64,000 bases of DNA, taken from positions 30,501,054-30,565,053 of the forward strand of contig NC_057719.1 of assembly GCF_004010195.1 (NCBI RefSeq), read 5' to 3'. The notes beneath the pieces are model-generated. The model did no database searches, was not told the origin of the DNA, and saw only the letters and a list, made by a program, of their open reading frames with translations. The stretch comes from Chiloscyllium plagiosum. Its lineage: Eukaryota. Position numbers and translations under genes: made by a program. Of this stretch, positions 59,080 through 64,000 are shown piece after piece; the first letter of the stretch is position 1; each line of letters starts with the position of its first letter.

Positions 59080-61480
59080 ATATGTAAGGTCAAGGCATGG
59101 CAGAACAAGTTGGCCAAGTGGAATGCTCATCCTGTGGCATTTGGGGAGGCCTGGATGCTTCTCATGATCCAGAAGAGTCTATTTGCAGCAAGAATCACTA
59201 GCTGCACAAGGTTGAGCTTCAGTTTTCAAAGGTCAAGCACTAGTTACAGTCACCGGCACATCCACGAAGCAGAGAATTACATGGATAGCATGTTCAGAGA
59301 GGTGGTCATACTGCAAGTTAGGGGAAAGCAGTAGATATGACTGCCAGGCAGTCCAAGAGAACTAGAAAGGTAGTACAGAAGTCCCCAGAGCTCCAACTCA
59401 CTAACCAGTTTTCCATTCCAGATATTGATGAGGGTGATGGATCCTTGGAGAAGTGCAGAAACAGCCAACTCCATGGCATCACCAGTATTCCAGTTGTATA
59501 GGGGCGGGAGCAGAAAAGTGTGGAGGGGCATTACTGATAGGGGATTCTTTAGTTACAGGACTGGGCAGGTTTTTTCTGCAGCCATCAAAGAGACTCCACA
59601 ATATCTTGTTGCCTCCCTGATTCTAGGATTAAGATACCATAGATGGCTGCATGGCATTCTTCTGCAGGAGATCAAATGGCCAGAGGTTACGCTCCATTTT
59701 GATACTAATGACAGAGGTTAGAAAGATAATGTAATCCTGAAATTGGAATTTAGAAAACCAGGTAGAGAAATTAGAAAAGGTGACCTCTAAAATAGTAATT
59801 TTCAGATTATTCCCAGTGCCTCTTGCAAGTGACTACAGAAATAGGAAAATAATACGGGACTGGTAAGATGCTTGGGGGGGCGGGGATGGTGGGCTTTAGA
59901 TTCATGGGACATTGTGATCTGGGTGTGCAAAGTGCTGGGAGAGATACATAGCACTAAAATAGACAACAACAAGTTAATAGGATGAGTTGGAGTAAGGAGT
60001 ACTTATTTCGAGTTGGAGTAATTAAAGCATCCCAAATCAGTGTTTTACTGCATGTATATGACTGCACACAGTCTTATTAATACAATTAGGGAGGTACATG
60101 CACAGATTGTCTTGTGGAATTATGATGTATGGTGATAAGAGAGACCTGGCTTAAGGAAAGGCAAGTCTGCATGTTAAATATTCCTGCTAACTTGTTCAGA
60201 CAAAATAGACAGGAACCAAAAAAATGAGGAGTGACAATTTCAGGTAAGGAGAACAGTGCAATACAGGAAAAAAGAGCATATTCACAAGGGATCAAGGACA
60301 GAATTGGTTACCTATAGCTAAGGAATAAGGAAAGTGCAGTTACATTGCCAGGTGTAATCTACAGATCAGCAGCTTGTGGGGAGGATATAGTGCAGTAAAT
60401 CTACAAGGAAGTTAGAGCAAGGTGTTAACATCATAGAATAATAATAATGGAAATATTATTTATCCGTATAAGACTACGATAATCGTAGTGTGAAAGGCAA
60501 TGAGGGAGAAGTGTTCCTAAACTGCATTCAGGAAAACTTTCTACAGCAGTATGTGACCAATCCATAGCAAAAAAGGAAATTTCAAAGTCCTCTAAAAGCA
60601 TAGCAATAGTATAGGTGTGTTAAAAGGAAGAAAATGGCTAATTAGGAACCAAAACAGGAATTTACATATTGGGGCACGAGGCATGATGAGATGTTAAATT
60701 AGTAGTTTGCTATCTTTGCTAACAAGGCAGATTCAGCCCAGACCTTGGTGACAGGGGAGAAAACTCAGTCACTTGAACGGTTTAAATTTGAAAAGGAGAT
60801 ACCGAATAAGCTGTTGATATGTAAACTTAATAAGGCATCAAGACTGGGTGAGATGCATCCATGGATATTGAAGAAAGTGAACAAACATTGCAGAGACACT
60901 GGCTATAATCTTTCCTGAATTTGGGGCAATGCTGGGAGATTGGAGATTTGCAAACATTACGCCCTTGTTCATTAAAAAAAAGTTGTACAGAGAGGCCCAT
61001 CAACTATAGACCAGTCAATTTAACTTTAGTGGTGGAGATACTTCCAGAGACAATTATTTGACATAGAATTAATAGTCACACAGAAAAATCTGAGTTGATC
61101 CGGTAGTGTCAGAATAGATTTGCTAAGGGAAATTTGTGTCTAACTAACTTGAAGTTTTTTAAAGAGGTAACAGAGAGGATTGATGCGGGCAAGGCTGTTG
61201 ATATGAAGAAGGCCAACAGGACATCTGATACAGATTTTCAAAATCATGAAGAGGCTGGATAGAGTAGATAGTCAGGGAACACAGTTTTAAAGTGTTTGCA
61301 AAAGAAGCAAATGCAAGGTGAGAAAAAAACTATTTTATACAGTGAGTGATTAGGGTCTGGGACATGTTTTCTGGAAGCTTGGTGAAGCCTGGTTCAACTA
61401 AGTTATTCAAGAGGGCACTGGATGATTACTTAAATAGAAACAATGTGCAGAGTTACAGGGAAAAGGACAAAGATTAGTAC
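59080..61480 (+). mobile_element. Very old, internally deleted CR1 (ORF1 and ORF2 remnants)
   Basis: Degenerate tgttgcctccctg, gatactaatgac, gagacctggct, NYRPVNLTLVV and CLTNL..FF..VT. Confidence 0.65.
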
Positions 61481-61669
61481 CAAGCAACTTCTCAATAACG
61501 GAGTCAGAAGGTTCGGGTTCATGGAGATTGCCCAAACAAGCTGATCAAAAGTATTCGTTTCTAAAACCTCAAAGCAACTCTTCCACCATTTCATTATACA
61601 CTGACATACAGACAACTTACAATATTTTATTATTCACAGGCAACATTCACACCCAAGGTGCATGTCATG

Positions 61670-61986
61670 TTAGATTAGATTAGATTAATTACAGAGTGGA
61701 AACAGGCCCTTCGGCCCAACAAGTCCACACCGCCCCACCGAAGCACAACCCACCCATACCCCTACATTTACCCCTTACCTAACACTAGGGGCAATTTAGC
61801 ATGGCCAATTCACCTGACCTGCACATCTTTGACTGTGGGAGGAAACCGGAGCACCCGGAGGAAACCCACGCAGACACGGGGAGAACGTGCAAACTCCACA
61901 CAGACAGTTGCCTGAGGCGGGAATTGAACCCGGGTCTCTGGCGCTGTGAGGCAGCAGTGCTAACCACTGGGCCACCGTGCCACCCA
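61670..61986 (-). mobile_element. HE1/V-SINE, full-length and young
   Basis: (TTAGA)3 tail, complete core and tRNA-like head with B-box (gaattgaacccggg) and A-box. Confidence 0.92.
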
Positions 61987-62934
61987 TGTGTGGTATGTCT
62001 CTCTCTCGCACAAGCGCACAGAAAAGTATGCACATGATCAACTTTCTTCTGTCACAACTCATTGGTTTAGTGTGCTGAAAATCAAGTCACACCACTTCCA
62101 GAGCCATCAGCAATCTGAAAAGATTTATTCAAAATATCCAAAGACGCCATTTACCTGACTGACAAACTCGGTTAAAAGTAAATACTCATCAGGTTTTTGT
62201 ATTTGACCACAAAGTAACTATTTGTTAAGTAAAGGTAAATTTACTGTAGTTCTACAGACCATAGGCTGCTGTCTCATTAGAAAGATGACCGGAAGTGGTT
62301 TAATCTGAGGGTCACCTTGCTCAGGCTAGGGTAGAGACTGAGAAAGAAGGTCCTTCATGGTAACCTCAGCCGGTTTGGAAAATGAACCCATGCTGTTGGT
62401 CTCACTTTGCATTGCAAACCAGCTATCCTGCCAATTGAGCTAACAAACATCCCCACTTATTATGAACAAATTGTCTTTACCCAATGGCAGAAAAGAAATA
62501 CAAATTGCGAATTTATAATTCTACAGCTTAAACTTTACCTCTTCTTAAATTCTCCCTTTACAAACTGACACACACAAAGAAAGCCAAGGACATTAAGACC
62601 ATAAGAATAAGGAACAGGGGTAGCTATTCAATACGATCATGGCTGATCCGCCCAAGGCCTCAACTTCTCAATTTTGCCAGCTCTTCAAAGATCTCAATTC
62701 CCCAATATTTAAAAAAATTTATCTACCTCCTCTAAATACTTTCAGTGATCCAACCTCAACTACTCTCTGGGGTAGACAATACCAGACATTCACGACCATC
62801 TAGGAGAAGAAATTCCTTTGCATCTTAGTTACAGAATAAAGGGACACTTATGTAAAACTATGTTTCTTAATTTGAGATTCCCCCATGAATTGAAACGTGT
62901 CAACATTTATCCTGTTAATCTCCCTGGATTGGGC

Positions 62935-63111
62935 AAGGTCAAAAATGACACGACACCAGGTTACAGTCCAACAGGTTTATTTGAAAACACAAGCTTTGGG
63001 AACTTCGCTCTTTCTTTAGGTGCGAGTCTGAAGAAGGAGCAAAGCTCCAAACCTTGTGTTTTCAAATAAATCTGTTGGACTATAAACTGGCATCGTGTGA
63101 TTTTTAACCTT
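62935..63111. repeat. Fold-back element from a second Penelope-like family with degenerate hammerhead cores, inside a CR1 3' fragment (~62595-62930)
   Basis: aaggtcaaaaatgacac...gtccaacaggtttatttgaaaacacaag is the inverse of cttgtgttttcaaataaatctgttggac...gtgtgatttttaacctt; CTGAAGA-A-GGAGC-AAA-GCTCC-AAAC at 63028. Confidence 0.75.
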
Positions 63112-63979
63112 TCAACAAGGGAATTTATAAAGAAATAGGCAACAGTTGAATGTTACTGGAGACTTTTTTTATACTTCCACTGAGGAAACAGACACACAAA
63201 GAGAGCTTTCTCTTTGCAGGCAAGGTATTTCTGCTGCACTGGCCTCACACATGCCATGGTTACCTGGGGAGATGCCAATCAAAATGTTGTTGTCAAGCAA
63301 TTGTTTCCTAGTTCAGAATCGATTGGCTCTGTTTTGTTTGCATTTGCTCTCTCAGTTCCAGAAAGAAGCAACATTATATACAGCTCACCATGTGCTCCAA
63401 GAAACATGACTTTTAAAACTAAAGCCATCTTTTTGTACAGTTTCCTTGGTTTAAAGCAGCATCTCCATTTTCTAGTCCATAGTCCAAAAATGAAGAGAAG
63501 AAAAATATTTAATCTTTATATTTTCTTTCAGGGCTAGTTAGCATCAGGACCAAACTGTAGAGGTCAGGCACACTACACTTTCATTGAAGAAGTATGATCA
63601 GAAGGGAAGTGGAAAACCCAGAGGCTAAGGCAGAACTAGAGTAATCAAGATACATGGTTCCTTCAGGTTTCTTACAGATGCACAATTATTTCTGATTCTA
63701 ATCCACAAAGCTACATTTGTTCCCATGCTTCACATGCTCTCACGAGTTATGGCCTCCTATAGGTTTCAACCTTCAACTTCTAGCTTTATCATTATAAGCT
63801 CTCAGGAACAAAAAAATCCACTACACATACTTGGAATAAGAGCAAAATAAGCAACAGCCACCTTGTGCTCCCCAATTCGGAGAGTGAGGACAGCAAAAAT
63901 AATGGATTGTATAAGTAGCAACCAATTTAGAAACTGGGACAATGCATAACTTACCAGCTAGATCAGAAAGAGTTTACAA

Positions 63980-64000
63980 TGGCGGCATGGTGGCTCAGTG
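63980..64000 (+). mobile_element. Start of another HE1/V-SINE at the window edge
   Basis: ggcggcatggtggctcagtg. Confidence 0.6.

Noticed and set aside
63120..63980. Large upstream SPATA7 exon (FTPRTLK...YRYY motif)
   Set aside because: The motif was not found; it is probably beyond position 64000.

Overview
Repeat-rich vertebrate genomic DNA. The repeat content (HE1/V-SINEs, SacSINE1-like Deu-SINEs, HER1/CR1 LINEs, Penelope elements) points to a cartilaginous fish, probably a shark; this is an inference. The only host gene I can support is the 3' half of SPATA7 on the minus strand: six phase-consistent coding exons from 58300 down to the stop at 37323. Almost all other ORFs in the supplied track are retroelement fragments or their antisense shadows. 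The window holds two near-complete CR1 elements with esterase-type ORF1, a near-complete L1 ORF2, Penelope RT and GIY-YIG fragments, Rex-Babar, RTE, Tx1 and Harbinger remnants, and a 1.1-kb internally deleted Gypsy with both LTRs and a TSD. The most notable signals are four. (1) About ten short Penelope-derived insertions carry minimal hammerhead-ribozyme cores; one has an intact core, an 11-bp TSD and lies sense in a SPATA7 intron. (2) A LINE appears to use a tRNA-derived Pol III SINE head as its 5' end, and the local Deu-SINE looks like its internal-deletion derivative. (3) A TSD-flanked CR1 insertion carries about 560 bp of foreign upstream DNA. (4) Two orphan exon-like segments lie downstream of SPATA7. 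All calls come from reading the sequence by eye; no searches were run, and boundaries of old repeats are approximate.
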